Below, in pieces: positions 19,901 through 33,200 of a DNA stretch of 64,000 bases. Below the pieces are notes generated by a model, which saw nothing but the letters and a program-made list of their open reading frames with translations, was not told the origin of the DNA and did not search any database. Within the stretch, counting starts at the first letter, position 1; every line of letters begins with the position of its first letter. The stretch comes from Macrostomum lignano (taxonomy: Eukaryota): positions 34,012 through 98,011 of the forward strand of contig NIVC01003431.1 in NCBI GenBank assembly GCA_002269645.1, given 5' to 3'. A program made the position numbers and the translations under genes.

Positions 19901-20462
19901 TTAACCATTGGCATCACAACACTTTTTCTGACACTTTTTGCAATATTTTAATTTATCAAACTGTGTTTGAAAATGCATTGGTGAAAGTTGTACAGGTAAA
20001 AAAAGTAACTTCCAGTACTAAAAGTGGGAGCTTTGCCAAACCAAACACTGCACTTTAAGATATTAGGCCCTATATATAAATAACAATATTTAACCAAGTT
20101 ATATATTGTGTTTAGTGTTGAAATATTTTTTTGAAAATTAACTTTAAAAAGTAGAGATCAAAAGCCACAATTTAGTCAAAAAATGGATAGGCCCTTAGGC
20201 CTACTCAAAATTACCCATAGGCATAGCTATAAATTTTAGAATAGCATATACACCTCAACTACAAATAGAACAAACAATAAGCTTATATTTAACATGAAAT
20301 TTATGTTAAAAAAACACTTACTCTGTTTTTTAAAACGCTTAATTCGTTTAGCAAACGATTAAATTTTTCATTGGATTCATCTTCACCTGCTTGAAGCAAT
20401 GCAATTTTTTCGTCGAACTTTCGAGGATTCAGAGAACCGTGGTTTGACTTAGAAGACTGCAT
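13991..20462 (-). CDS. CRTC: CREB-regulated transcription coactivator (CRTC/TORC)-like, 477 aa (exons 20462-20322, 16295-15122, 14109-13991)
   Basis: Exon 20462-20322 translates MQSSKSNHGSLNPRKFDEKIALLQAGEDESNEKFNRLLNELSVLKNR, matching the TORC N-terminal CREB-binding signature NPRKFSEKIAL, and ends at a GTAAGT donor. Exon 2 has RRTVSTPNV and RRASSDTN (kinase/14-3-3-type sites) and PIPDIRVTP (PxIxIT-like calcineurin dock). It ends G|GTGAGT at 15122 and joins in frame to CAG|TCCGTCGA at 14109, with TAA at 13993-13991. Total 1434 nt. The last exon is the least certain. Confidence 0.82.
14139..15070. repeat. 21-bp minisatellite (~44 copies) filling the last CRTC intron
   Basis: Unit GATTGATTGGCTTCAGGGTCT. 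Confidence 0.96.
17830..17990. mobile_element. Palindromic MITE-like repeat, copy 1 (copy 2 at ~19270-19440)
   Basis: 41-bp arms 17853-17893 and 17924-17964 are reverse complements with 8 mismatches, all transitions; a homologous copy lies ~1.45 kb away. Confidence 0.6.
19270..19440. mobile_element. Palindromic MITE-like repeat, copy 2
   Basis: CATGTAAGTTACTATTGG...CCAATAGCAACTTATATATGTGTGTTGCCAATAGAAACAGCT, homologous to 17830-17990. Confidence 0.55.
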
Positions 20463-20472
20463 TATGTTTAAC

Positions 20473-21242
20473 CTTAAAAAATTAATCCATTGAAAACCCT
20501 TGAAATTGCAATCATAAAGACCATAAAATAACTGCAGTTTTGTTGAATTTCCACTTGACTGCGAAGAGCAAGTATACTACAGGTATTCTAAGAAAAATTA
20601 TAAGAAGTTCTGCGATCAAAACAAAACAATAAAAATTATACCTTTTTCGTGTTTAAGCTTTTATGTTTAGTTATTTCGTTTATAAAATTATCATTCTTAT
20701 ATGGTAGCTTATAAATTAGTTAAAATATGGCAAGTGCAATTTTTAAAAACGGACTGTACAACAATATACAAGTTTTACCTTGTCAGTTGGCGTTTTGAAT
20801 GGTCGTTGTAGATAAACATAGTTGGTAACAACTAGGTCTGATCGATTTAATCAGATTTTATTCCAACAATTGAACTCACTAAAGCTAGTAAAGGGTTTTA
20901 CGATTGCATTATAGCCCTAGGCCTACTACTCTACTTGTCATCTTGGCCTGCGCCTGCATTTATTTAAGAGCATTTAGCTATTGATATTCAATTATTAGTA
21001 CTAGCGTACCCTACTCAAATTAGTACAATTCTACGTTTCCTAAATAGTATAAAGGCTTACTAATCATATACTACATTAAGAGTGTAAAATTTTATATAGC
21101 TAGGGCCTAGCTAAAGCCTAAATCTTGATAGACAAGACAACATTGTTATTGCTATTGTGTCCTAAACTCATCGCTCTTTCATTAAATTTGTAATAGTAAT
21201 AGTAATTACCAATAAACATCACTGAAGTCAGGGAGCTCTATT
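20473..21242. promoter_or_regulatory. Putative bidirectional promoter/5'UTR region between CRTC (-) and ERGIC1 (+)
   Basis: Start codons at 20462 (-) and 21243 (+) diverge 780 bp apart. CpGs are retained locally within an otherwise CpG-poor domain. Function is inferred. Confidence 0.55.
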
Positions 21243-24200
21243 ATGGTTTTTCAATTTGATATTCGAAGGTAAGTTGATTATATTAATTTTAAATAGTGAA
21301 TAAATGACTAGAGCCTCAGTATAGATAGGCTAGGCCTCAATACATAATTATTAATATCATTAGGCCCTGTCTTTGAATAGGCCATAGGCCTAAATAGATA
21401 TGTTACAATTTTATTGCTATTATTGCCATATATAGGCCTAACCAATGCTTTTAATTCTTTTTCTTCTTTTATAGGCTTTTCACAAAGATTAATTCTAGAA
21501 CTAGAATAATTCTGATTCCAAAACTAGAATCAATAGGAAAATAAAAAGCTTCAAACCCATTTCATGTTTGCCAGTCTTTACAATTTGATTTTGTCTTTCT
21601 TTGATTTTGTTTCTTCTTGGATATGACAAAAAATAAAATAATCCATCTATATACTAAAAATGGTTTCTTGGTAGGTATCTATCTATCTATATGATCAATT
21701 AAAGCAAAAACAGCTAAACCAATTTTTTTCAAACTTGAATTGTTCAATCAGAAATTTCTCTATGTTTATGGCAAAATCCAAAAACGTGGGATAAAATGAT
21801 AAAACAAATCTGCGGACATTCGATGGAAAGTAATGTATCTAAAAAAGGTTTTTGAAAGATAGATAGGTCTTTAGAAAATAGTTCTGGATAAAAACTATTG
21901 TTCTCATGCTTTATATTGTTGAATAAATAAGAAAAAACCACAAAAAAGCATTTTGAAAGTCCAAGTTGACCGATTCGCAATTTTTTGTTTCACTTTTTTT
22001 CATTATTAAACAATTAATTTTAAGACTTGTAGGCCTTAGAGAAGGCTAATTTTTTTACTACTTACAAAACAGAAAGTAATCTGTGTTTTACTTTTTATTC
22101 AATTCAAAAAGATGAAGTATTTCTAAGGATTTCAAAGTTTTTCTAAAACCATATAAACTCGCAAAAATTCATCTCTAACTATAAAAATCAAAACTCTGTG
22201 TGTCTGTGTGTGGACAATTTTGATCGCTATGGACTCCCAAACTGCTCAACCAAATGACACCAAACTTTACACCCACCCTAAACTTACTACGGAGAATGTT
22301 TTAGGCTACCTTAAAATTTCCTAAATTTGAGTCTTCCCACCTGAAAGTGCAAAAAACTGCTCAAAATGCGCGATTTTTTCACTAAATCCTCCATAGCGCC
22401 GCTCCACTTCTACCGATTCTCTTCAAATTTGACACAGGCAATTTTCAACTATTTTGACACAATCGTGTAAAATTTCAAACCTCAAAGTTAATCCTGAAAG
22501 CCACTGTGCACTTTTAAAGTTTGGCTGTTTTTTTCAGCGAGGCAGCCACCCCAACCTCCGCCCGCCTGCCTCTCTTTCCCGATCTGGGCAAAGGGTGTGA
22601 ATCAGGTTTTAAAATGCCTAACTTTCGGTTGCCATAAGTTTGCTCCACGTGAAGCGATTGACTTCTAACTTAACACAATTCTTCTTTGATTCATTCTCTG
22701 TCTAAATGTAAAGTTTCAACTCTCTAACTCAATCAGAACAGAAACTGTAAGCATGTGAAGTTTGTCTGCTTTTTCTGTTGTTTGTGCCACTCACTCACTC
22801 ATTCCCCCAGAGCCAGACGAAGGGTCAGGCGATAGGGCTCAATGTACATAGCGAATGTACAGTGTTTTGGAATAACTTTTTAATAGCCTTCTCTGTACCC
22901 CCGCGCGAGTGGAGAGGCGTGGAGAGGAGAGACAGTTTCAGTGAGAGATTCAAACCACTGTCCTCTGTATAGACACAAGTCTGCAGCAGTTTAACAGTAG
23001 ATGGCAAACAGGCAAATCAAGGCGATGCGGGATGGTTTGTAAAAATAGCGAAAAATTAATGAATAACTTATTACAATGCAATACTACTCAATTAGTTACA
23101 CCATGAAGCTTTTAACATTAAGTTTTGCATAGGGTAACTTTAAAATTTAAATGACTCCTAAGAAATGCGTATTTCCTTGGTTGTTAGACTGCTGCAGAGT
23201 GCAGACTGGGTGGTGGAGCTGGAGATACACAAATTCCTCTCAGGGCTGCTAATTGGCCAGAAAGGTGACGTGATTAAAGCATGAGAAATGATAACCATGG
23301 TAGTAACGTCCCACAAACTGGCTTTCGAAGCAGGGATCGGTAGATTTTTAACTCAAAGGCCAGATAAAGAATCCAACTCATGGCTGCGGGCCAGATGAGA
23401 GTGAAAAAGAAAAGGAATAGACTATTAGAAAGAGAGGAAGGGCGAGAGGGGGGTAAGAGAAAATATATAAGATAACAGGGGAGACGAGTGGGGTGAGGAC
23501 GAGGAGAGAGCAGAGAATATGGGAGGAGGAAGCGAGAGGAGGGGAGGCAGGAGGGAGAGGAAAGAGTAGAGGAGAGAAGAGGAAGAGAGAAGAGGGGAGA
23601 GATGAGACAGAGGATCGATGAGAGAGGAGAGTAGAGAAGAGTGAGAAGAGAATAGAGAACAGAGAGTAGATAGGAGGGGAGAGAGGTAGAGAGGAGTGAG
23701 AAGAGAGGAGATAAGAGATGAGAGAGAGAGAGAGAGAGAGAGAGAGTTGAGAAAGAAGAGAGAAGAAAGGAGAGATGATAGAGTAAAGGGAGGAAGAGGA
23801 GAGAGGAAATAGATGAGATTGTGGAGATGAGAGAGATGAAAGGAAAGATGAGAAAGTAGAGATGAGAGATAAAGGAAGAGAGAGCAGAGTGCAGAGACAA
23901 GAGAAGAGAATAGAGGGGAAAGAGTATAGAAGAGGGAAGAGAAGAGGAGTAAGAAGAGAGGATTCAGTAGAGGGGAAAGAGAAGAGTACACAGGAGAGTG
24001 GAGAGTAAAGATGACAGAAGAGAGAGGGGGTAGAGAGCAAAGATGAGAGTGAACGCGATATATGAGAGGAGAGAGGAGAGTGAAGAGAGAAGAGAGAAGA
24101 CAAGAGAGGGAGAGAATAGAAGAGGGAAGAGAAGAGAAGGGAAAAAGGAGAAAGGAAAGAGGAGTCAAAAGAGGGGAAAGAGAAGAGTACAGATGAGAGA

Positions 24201-27200
24201 GGTGAGAAAACATACGAGTATAAGAGAGTAAAGATGGCAGATGAGAGAGGGGAGATGAGAGACCAGAGACGAGAGTGAACAGACGAGAGATGGGAGAGTG
24301 GAGAGAAAAAAGGATAGAAATAAGAGATGAGAGGGGAGACAAGGGAGAGAGAAGTGAGTGAGGAAAGAGGAGGGGAGGGGAGGGGAGAGAACCGAGAGGA
24401 CAGGGGAAAGAGGAGAAAGGACGAGAGAGGAGAGGAAACAGGGGAGAGATTAGAGGAGAAAGAGAGATGGGACAGGAAAGAGCAGAGAGATGAGAGGAGA
24501 GAGAGGGAGAGAGAGAGGAGAGAGAGAGGGAAAGAGAGAGGAGAGAACATGCAGAAAGAATGAGAAGAGAGAAGAGAGAAAAGATAAAAGAAGAGAAAGA
24601 AGAGATAGATAAGAGAGCAAAGACAAGAGAGAAGAGAGGTGAGGGAAGAGACGATAGAAGAGAGGAGAGAGGAGAGAGGAAAGAAGAGAAGAGAGGAGAG
24701 GAGAAGGAGAGAGAGGAGAGAGTACAGAGTAGAGAGGAGGAGAGGAGGGATAAAAGAATAGAGGGGAGAGGGAATAGATGAGAGAATAGGGGATAGAGGA
24801 GAGAGATAGAAGAGATAGAGACGAGAGAGAGGAGAGGAAACAGAAGAGAAGATCGAAGTTTCTAAGGATCCAAGGGACATAAGGAGAGGCAGAGGCCAGA
24901 GTTTGCCTGTTCGCAGCACCCCAGCCAACAATATAAATGTTTGCCTCAAATCCTAATTTTTCACGAATGTACTCTATTTTATGTTTAATTCTAACCTAAC
25001 TATTAACAAGTTTTTGTTTGAGTTTGACCTCAGATTTTAGAATACGACATACGAGTACATGCAAAAATAGTTCCAGGGATTGAAATTCCCCGGGTTCAAA
25101 ATCCGGGGGTTTCAACAGCTTGTACTAATATAAAGTGCAAAGTTTGCCAGCAAACATCTTTCTCTAAAAGTAAATATATCGCTAATTCCTTGTTGCAAAA
25201 TAATCTTTAAGTTGTTTTCTTTCATTTAAATATCAACTTGCATAGTATTAGTATTTGTAATATGCCTATATTTAGACCTAAAAATTTTGGGTAAAAAATG
25301 GTACCACAAAATGTGAACCCAGCATCCAAATCAGATGCTTACTGTATGCTTATTAAGCGACGAAGAACAATGAAATTACACTAAAACATGTATCATCGCG
25401 GCGTGTATGCAGGAAAAAAGAATTTTCCAAATTGATTCAGTAGAAGCTGAGTAAAATGCAATTTTCCAATCCTTTTGGGAATTCCAATGTGTTACCCGGC
25501 TTCCAAATCAGATGCTTACTGTATGCTTATTAAGCGACGAAGAACAATGAAATTACACTAAAACATATATCATTGCGGCGTGTATGCAGGAAAAAAAGAA
25601 TTTTCCAAATCGCTTCAATAGAAGCTGAGTAAAATGCAATTTTCCAATCCTTATGGGAATTCCAATGTGTTACCCGGCTTCCAAATCAGATGCTTACTGT
25701 ATGCTTATTAAGCGACGAAGAACAATGAAATTACACTAAAACATGTATCATCGCGGCATATATGCAAGAAAAAAAGAATTTTCCAAATCGCTTCAGTAGA
25801 AGCTGAGTAAAATGCAATTTTCTGATCCTTACGGGAATTTGTATGTTTAAATAATAAACTTACGTTGAATACAATTTATTGCAAACGAACTCTACAAAAT
25901 ACACATTGTCAAGAGTAACAAAAGTGATAAACAAATAAACCCTTGAAAATAATGTAAAATATGTTGTAGAATTATAGAGTGTAATATTATAAGATAGTTA
26001 AAATTAATAAAATACATTATTATAGCTTTTCTATCATTTTCATTAGACTCATTTTAGGTCTTAATTAAACTTACCGTTTTAACAAATCATTTTATTAAAA
26101 ATAAAGCTATACGATAATAATTTGTGCTTTAATAGACTTTTTTACTTTTTAAAAACTTGAATAAATTTATTTTATAGCTTTATTGCTTTCAAATTGCCAA
26201 AAAACGAATTTTCATAAAACTTGCCCCTGATTTTTGGATTTCCCCTTATACATGCATTGTGGCTAAAAATTGCTTGATGTTAAAGGAATTATATATTCAA
26301 AAAACATGCTTTTTTGCAAAGGTCAAGCAGCTCTTTTGACTTGAAATGCATTGTAAGAATGCTAGAAAAAAAACTGACTGGTTGAATTCTGATTCTGAAA
26401 TAGATTGTATCACAATAGGCTTTTTATTTATCATGTATGTACTACTTGAATTTTGACACTGAATTGAATCATATCACAGTATTGAAAATGCAATGTGGAA
26501 GCATAGCACAATAACTTGATTTATAATGCGTAACCACATTGCTAACTTTAATAGAAACTGGTACTGACTTGCCTAAGAAATTGATTATCTCATAACTGCT
26601 TTGTGTAATTTTTACTCAATTGACTTGGTATGAGTGTTGAATTATAAGTGCTATAATTTAATTTATAAATTCAATGAGAGCTAAACTAGAGTTGAACAGA
26701 TTGGACTGCTAATGTAGCAACCTGGGTTTGAATCAGTTATATAAGTAGTGTATATATATAAAGAGTATAAAAGTAGTGAAATTTTCTTTTCATGTGCTTG
26801 ATAAACCAAGGATTTCTGCACTTGATAAGCCAAGGATTATTGCACTTGATAAACCAAAGATTACTGTACTTGATAGACCAAAAATTATTGCACTTGGCAA
26901 ACAAAGGATTATTGTGCTTGATAAGCTTGGCTACATGTATGGGATTCTTTCTATGCAGGGATGTTTGCTATTTAGGGATTCTCGCTATTTGCAGGATGCT
27001 ATCTGGGTAGATACTTCTATAATATCTGGGAGATGCTTGCTATCTGCAGATGCTTGCTATGTAGGTGGATGCTTCAATAATATCTGGGAGATGCTTTCTA
27101 TCTATAGATGCTTGTTATATAGGCGGATGCTTGCTACAAGTATTAGGGGATGCTTGCTATCTGTGGTTGCTTACTTTTGGAGGGGGTGCTTACTATCTAA

Positions 27201-30200
27201 AGGGATGCTTGCTGTCTTGGTAATATTTTCTGTTTAGAGGGAATGTCTATTATCTTTGTGAAAGCTATATTTTGTTGTCGATTTATTAATTTTAGAAAAA
27301 AAAAATTTATAGCAAATATAATTGTCCGTGACAATTCCACATGAATAAGATGCTTTTTTAAAAGTGAAAAAGGAATCAGTATTTAAGAAAAGTGCTTTTT
27401 TAATTGTTTTCCATGAAGTATTTTTGCTCTTTGCTTATTGGGTGCCCCAAAGGGGAGCTGCACTAGATTGCTATCTATATACTAAAAATTATATACTAAT
27501 AATAAAAAATTTACAATTCCAAATATGTCAATTTTTACTATTAAAATATAAACATGACAATGGATCAATAAAATTTATTGCTCCCAATTCCAGAACTAGA
27601 ACACAGTTCTGGAACCAATTCTGAAAGCAGAATAAACAATATGAAAATCTTATTATGAAAAGCCTAATAGGCCCTAGTTGTAATCAAATCAAGTCAATAT
27701 ACAATTTTGCATTTTTAATTTTTTTCTTACTTTGAGGCAACAAAGCTAAACTATTATTGTTAAACAAATAAAAACAATGCAAATTTTCTCAATTTTTAAT
27801 TATATTTAATTATAGGCCTAATCTTTAATAAGCCCTAATTAGTCTTGAATTTAAGTTTTTAGCTATTTATAGTAGATACATTTCAAACTTGCCTAGCCAA
27901 TAAAGCAAGTTTGGTCAAATAGGATCCCTAAGATTCTCAATCCTAATCTTGAAATCTTAGGATTCCAAAGAAAAATAGACTCCTATTAAACTGGGATCTA
28001 GACCCTAAGATTTGAAAGTAGGTCTTTTGATTAAAGCTTTGTAGCATTAGTAATTATTTAAATATATTTTAATTTAAATAGTATTTATTGTTGTTTTTTA
28101 ACTAGTTACAAAATATTGAAGCTATTTTATAATGTTTCACCTTTTGATCTTAACATTGTTTAACTTTGTTCAACTTTATATAAACCAACAAAGTATAATA
28201 AATGGAAAGAATTGATCCCAATTCTTAAATCCTAATCCTGATCCCAATTCTTAAATCCTAATCCTGATCCCAATTCTTAAATCCTAATCCTGATCCTAAA
28301 TTTGAAATTTTTCTATTTCCAACCTTAATCTTGCCTAATGATGTCAATCCTATCTAACTTCTACTTGGCACTCTGCTTAGCTTTTGATATAAGATATTTC
28401 AAATATAATATAAAATAAGATATTAAATTCTCTAGTCAATTTTGTTAAGAACTTTTTAAACAATGACTACTTTTAAATTTGTTATTTATATATTAAAGCA
28501 AAGGCAGAGGTTGTGTGGAAAGGTGTGGTTGGAGGAGGTTTAAGCTAGGGGAGGTAAGAGCCATAAATAAGCCCTGGTTTTAAAATACATTAAAAGGCTT
28601 CTATTTAACTTACTACTACACTAAGAGTAGCTGGCAGACAAATTTTCTAAGTGGCCCATCTATTTATTCTTTTAGCATGTATGTTTTAGCCTAAGTTTTT
28701 TATTTTAATTTTTTAGACACTATTTTAATATTAATTAAACTAAGTGATATAACTGCCCTTGTTGCCTGTCTGTTTTGCTGGGAGACAAATGCATGACCAG
28801 AGGGGGCAATGACCGTAGGCTGCCTATGACTGGGTAATGACCTGACAGACCTCTAGCACCAGACTGTCCTGCCCACATGATTGATAGCTTTGGTAGCGCT
28901 TTCGAGACTAAAGGGCCAAGGACCCACATGGACCCCACCTGTAGACAAGGTGCAATAGTTGGTCACTTGGTTATAACATGACTGAGTGGCTGCCATCACT
29001 CTATGTGACCTGGTACACCTAGATCTTATTACTAGACCTCTTGAGGCTAGAGCCCTGCCTGGATTGGTTACCAGGGAATTTAGGCTAACAGGGGAAACAC
29101 ATGCAGCCAAGTACAGGGACTCTGTTTGGGGCATGATCGAGAAGTCTGGGCTCAATCTGGAGGATTTCTCAGCAGGGGATCCTTTGTGGCTGTGAGCAAG
29201 GCTGACTTGTGGCCTTAATTACTAAGAGTAGTGTGAGGCAAACATGTACTGACTCTAGTTTAAATTACTCAGGGCAAAGGGACACATCAGCATGGGGTTG
29301 CAATCTTTCTACTACCATTCTGTGCCAAGACTTGCTAATTCTCTCTACTGTCTGCATATGTGGACCCACAGCACGCACACACAGGCGGGCTTTTCATGGG
29401 GAGAGGCCATTATCTTACCCAAACTTCCTTATGTTTTGCAACCCCAGGAGAAAGGCCTAGCAAGCCATAAGTGAAATGATAGTGAAAGAGTGAATAATTA
29501 TAAGTTTAGTAATAGTTAATAATTAGGCCCTTAGGGGGAATAATCGGGCAATAAAGCAGCTTCACTATTGAGTTAAATATAGCAATAGATACTATATATA
29601 TCACAATTGGCTCAGCTTTCAAATTAAGCAATGGAAAATAGGCAAACCCTGGATAAGCAAGGCAATCAGAGCACAATTAGTAACAGGAAGTTACTGGTGG
29701 CTGCACAGAGAGAGAAAGTGATAGAGGGACCGTGGGCAACTATTGGCTGCAGTTAAGCAGGCAGTGAAAAGGCGATGCACTGAAGCAACAAGGCACTGAT
29801 GTAGTTCAGGCGATGCTGAAGATGATTGGCAGTGATAGACTATAGACCCGCAGATGAGCTCACTTGGGGAGCTAAAGATAACTTGGTGGTAATAGATTGC
29901 GGACCGGCAGAGGTTCGTCCTATAGACGCATAGGTCAGATTGAGGTCTGACAGCAAGTCCACAATAGGGACAAGACAAAAGCCTTCTAAGGATTCTCAGG
30001 CCAAAAACTGCTTCCTTATATAGCCTTCCCAGCTGCCACTCCAAGGTTGTTTCCATGACTCCCTCTCTCTGATTGGCTGCCGGCAGAATGACATCAGAAT
30101 GAGTCATGATGAAAAGCATGAGAACGGCATAGCAACATGAGAAATGGGAAAATTTTGCAAACCAAAAGAGGGGTAGGGGGATAATTGGTGCAGCGGGAGG

Positions 30201-33200
30201 TCACAAAAGTGTTGCACAAGCAAACATTGAGAACAATGGGGCTAAGGTTGAGAACAAAAGAAATGGAAATTGGGGATAATTGTGAGAATTGAGAACAATA
30301 GAAAAGTAAACATTGTAGAAAAGGTGCTAATTGGGTGCAAAAATGAGAACAAAAGAAAGAGAAAATCTTTGAAAATGTGATAATTGGGTGCAAAGAGAAG
30401 AACAAAAGAATCAAAAACAAAAACAATAGAAGCGGAGGTGGGGTGAGTGTTGCATGAGAAATTTGGAAAGGAGAACAATGGCATGAGAAAAGGTTGCGCA
30501 AGAAGGGGTGGTTAGTCATCAATGAGTCATCAAGGGGAAAGAGGGGTCACAAGACTTGCGTCACCATTTGGGAGTTTTAGTAGGGATAAGGGTGACAGTG
30601 AGTGCACAAGTACTATCAGTAGATGCCAAAAAAGGGAGGGACAGTGCAGAAAAACAGTTCAAAAAGAGACAAAAAGATGGGAAGCAGAAAAAGTACATGA
30701 TAGATAGGGTAAAGTGCATAGAAAATAGAGTAGCAGGTAAGGTACAGAGAGAGTTAGGGGCTCCGGAAAGGCATGTGTAGCGACGTGGGAGACAGCTGAG
30801 GCAGCAAGGGAGGTGCAGCAGAGCGGGAGTCAGCAAGCCTGGTCAAAGACCTGGCCTAGTCTTGATGACTCTGCTCAAGAGGTGCACGGGAGATTGGAGG
30901 TATAACTATGACTGTCTTATTAAGGCTAAGTGCCTCATCATCTAATTAGTACTACATTATTCTTTGGGGTAGGCACTTTTGCAACTTACCCCTAGTCTAC
31001 AACAATTTACAGTGGATTGGCCAGCAATTGTGCATGTATGCTGACTGCCAATTCAAGCTGCCAAATATAAAGTTGATTTGTCATGCATTTGAAGTAGAAC
31101 GCTATCTGCTTCCTGGTTTAGGCACTTAGTTTATCTTATTAAGTCTCGAGCCTCTTCTGTGGGAAGTCTCTTTAGCTCTTAGTAGCATAGGTATTGCTGC
31201 CACCAGTTCCTTTAGGTCTCAGCCTTTGTGAGGTAAGCTTCCCCTTGGAACAAAATAAACTCAGCACAATGTGCAGATTTGCAACTCAACATATAGGGCA
31301 TCTTGTCAATAGATCCTGCTAGGCTTGGTGGGTTGATGGGAGGGCTGTGTTAGCCTCTCGTTGGCTTGAGGTTTTGCTTTAGATGGGTCTCGGTCAGACC
31401 AAAAGCAGAGAACTCAATGTACATAGATAGAGAACAGGCATTCAATCTTAGACTCATAGAAGACTAAGTCTTGGAAAACTTGGAACTCAGAAACTCCTTG
31501 ACGGAAACAAGGGGGAGAGGGTTCCTATTTATAAGAGAGAATCTGGTGCACAAGACTTTGTGACTTGTTCTATTTTTAGAACTGATATCACCCTCCACCT
31601 TAGAAAAGGCAGGGTCCACAGGCAAAGTGCACAGGGCCTCATAACTCAGTATCTATTTTTAGAAACATGAGTCACCCTTTACCTTAGAGAAGGCAAGGGC
31701 CCCAAAGCACATGATTCTCCTGTAAATAGGACCAGCAAGTTCAGTAAACATGTTTAAATAGTAAACAAGCACTTTAGGAGTCTAAGAAAACAAGGCCTAT
31801 CATGTGACTTGCTCACATGACGGGAAATAGGACTGGAACGAAGCAAGGACAACCCACAGCAGAGAAGCTAGAGGCTGAGAATAGGAGCATAGGAAACAAA
31901 TGGCAAAAGGAAAAGAGAGCAGCAAGCAGACAGACAAAAGGGAGACGGGAAGCTAACCAGCAGCAGACAGCAACCCAGGGCAAAGGTGCAGACAAGGGAA
32001 ACTGCTGACTAACATTAAACTAACATTAAACTAGCAGCTCATTACACATGATACGCACTGGTAAATAGTACCCAAAAATGAATAAGTAAAAAAATGTTCA
32101 AATTCAGTTTTAAATAGTGTTCTGTTGCTGCCAGTTTCGACTGTCATAACCATAACAGTAGCCGTAAGAAATAAGCCATAGCCAAATTTTCCTGTCTATA
32201 ACTTGCTGTAACCATAGCTATAATATAACAAAAATGGCTTTTTTGTATAGAAAGTTGTAATACATGTAAAAAAACAAGACAGAACAAATTAGATTAGCAT
32301 AGTAATTAAAGCATAAGTGTAGCAATAACAAGCAAGACAACTAGACAAGCAAATAAAACATTTTTGAATTTTCATAGAAAGTGTTAGTTGTATTTAACAA
32401 ATATTTATTTAAAAGATTAGTAAAGACAAAATTCAGTTTATTTTGTGTACTGGTCAACAGCTTATTTAATATTTAACATTTAATTCTAATTTTTTATTTT
32501 ATACTCAATGACAACAATTTTCATTATGGATAACCAATATGGCAAAGCCTGGAAATTTGGTGTAATCCCTAACCATAGCCATAAGCTAAAAATTGCCATA
32601 GCAGTACTCCATAATGAAAATATGGCTGGAAAAGTGCTGCTCCTGTAATTTACTGTAACCGTAACTGTAATGATGGCAAAACACCAGTTTAAAAAAAATC
32701 AACTAACTTAATGATTTACACTATGTCACTACTATTTAATTTTGTAGGTTCGACATCTATCGGAAAATACCTAAAGATCTGACTCAACCAACTCGAACTG
32801 GTGCTATAATCTCCATAGCAACTATTACATTTTGTCTTTACCTGCTGTTGTCAGAGTTTAGCTCCTATTTGGATACTGAGATGTAAGTTTGTAATTATTG
32901 ACACTTTCATTTCAATGGCAATTGTTCAAAAATTATGATTTTCCTTTGCAGCAAAAGTGAAGTCTACATCGATGATCCAGTAAAATCGTACGAATTTATT
33001 CCCGTGTACATCAACATATCGGTGCTGCACATACCTTGCAACCGTTTGGCATTGGTTATTCAAGACGATCTCGGCCGGCAAGATGTGGGTTTTCAGCTGA
33101 GCAACATCAAAGAGAAGTTGCCCAGCGGCGTTGGCTGCCTATTGCGCAGTTCATTTCGCGTTGCTAAAATCTCTGGAAATTTTCATATTACTACTGTTCC

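Noticed and set aside
23274-24949. Long S/L/P/F-rich (-) and R/E/G-rich (+) ORFs
   Set aside because: Products of a GA low-complexity tract with no domain features.
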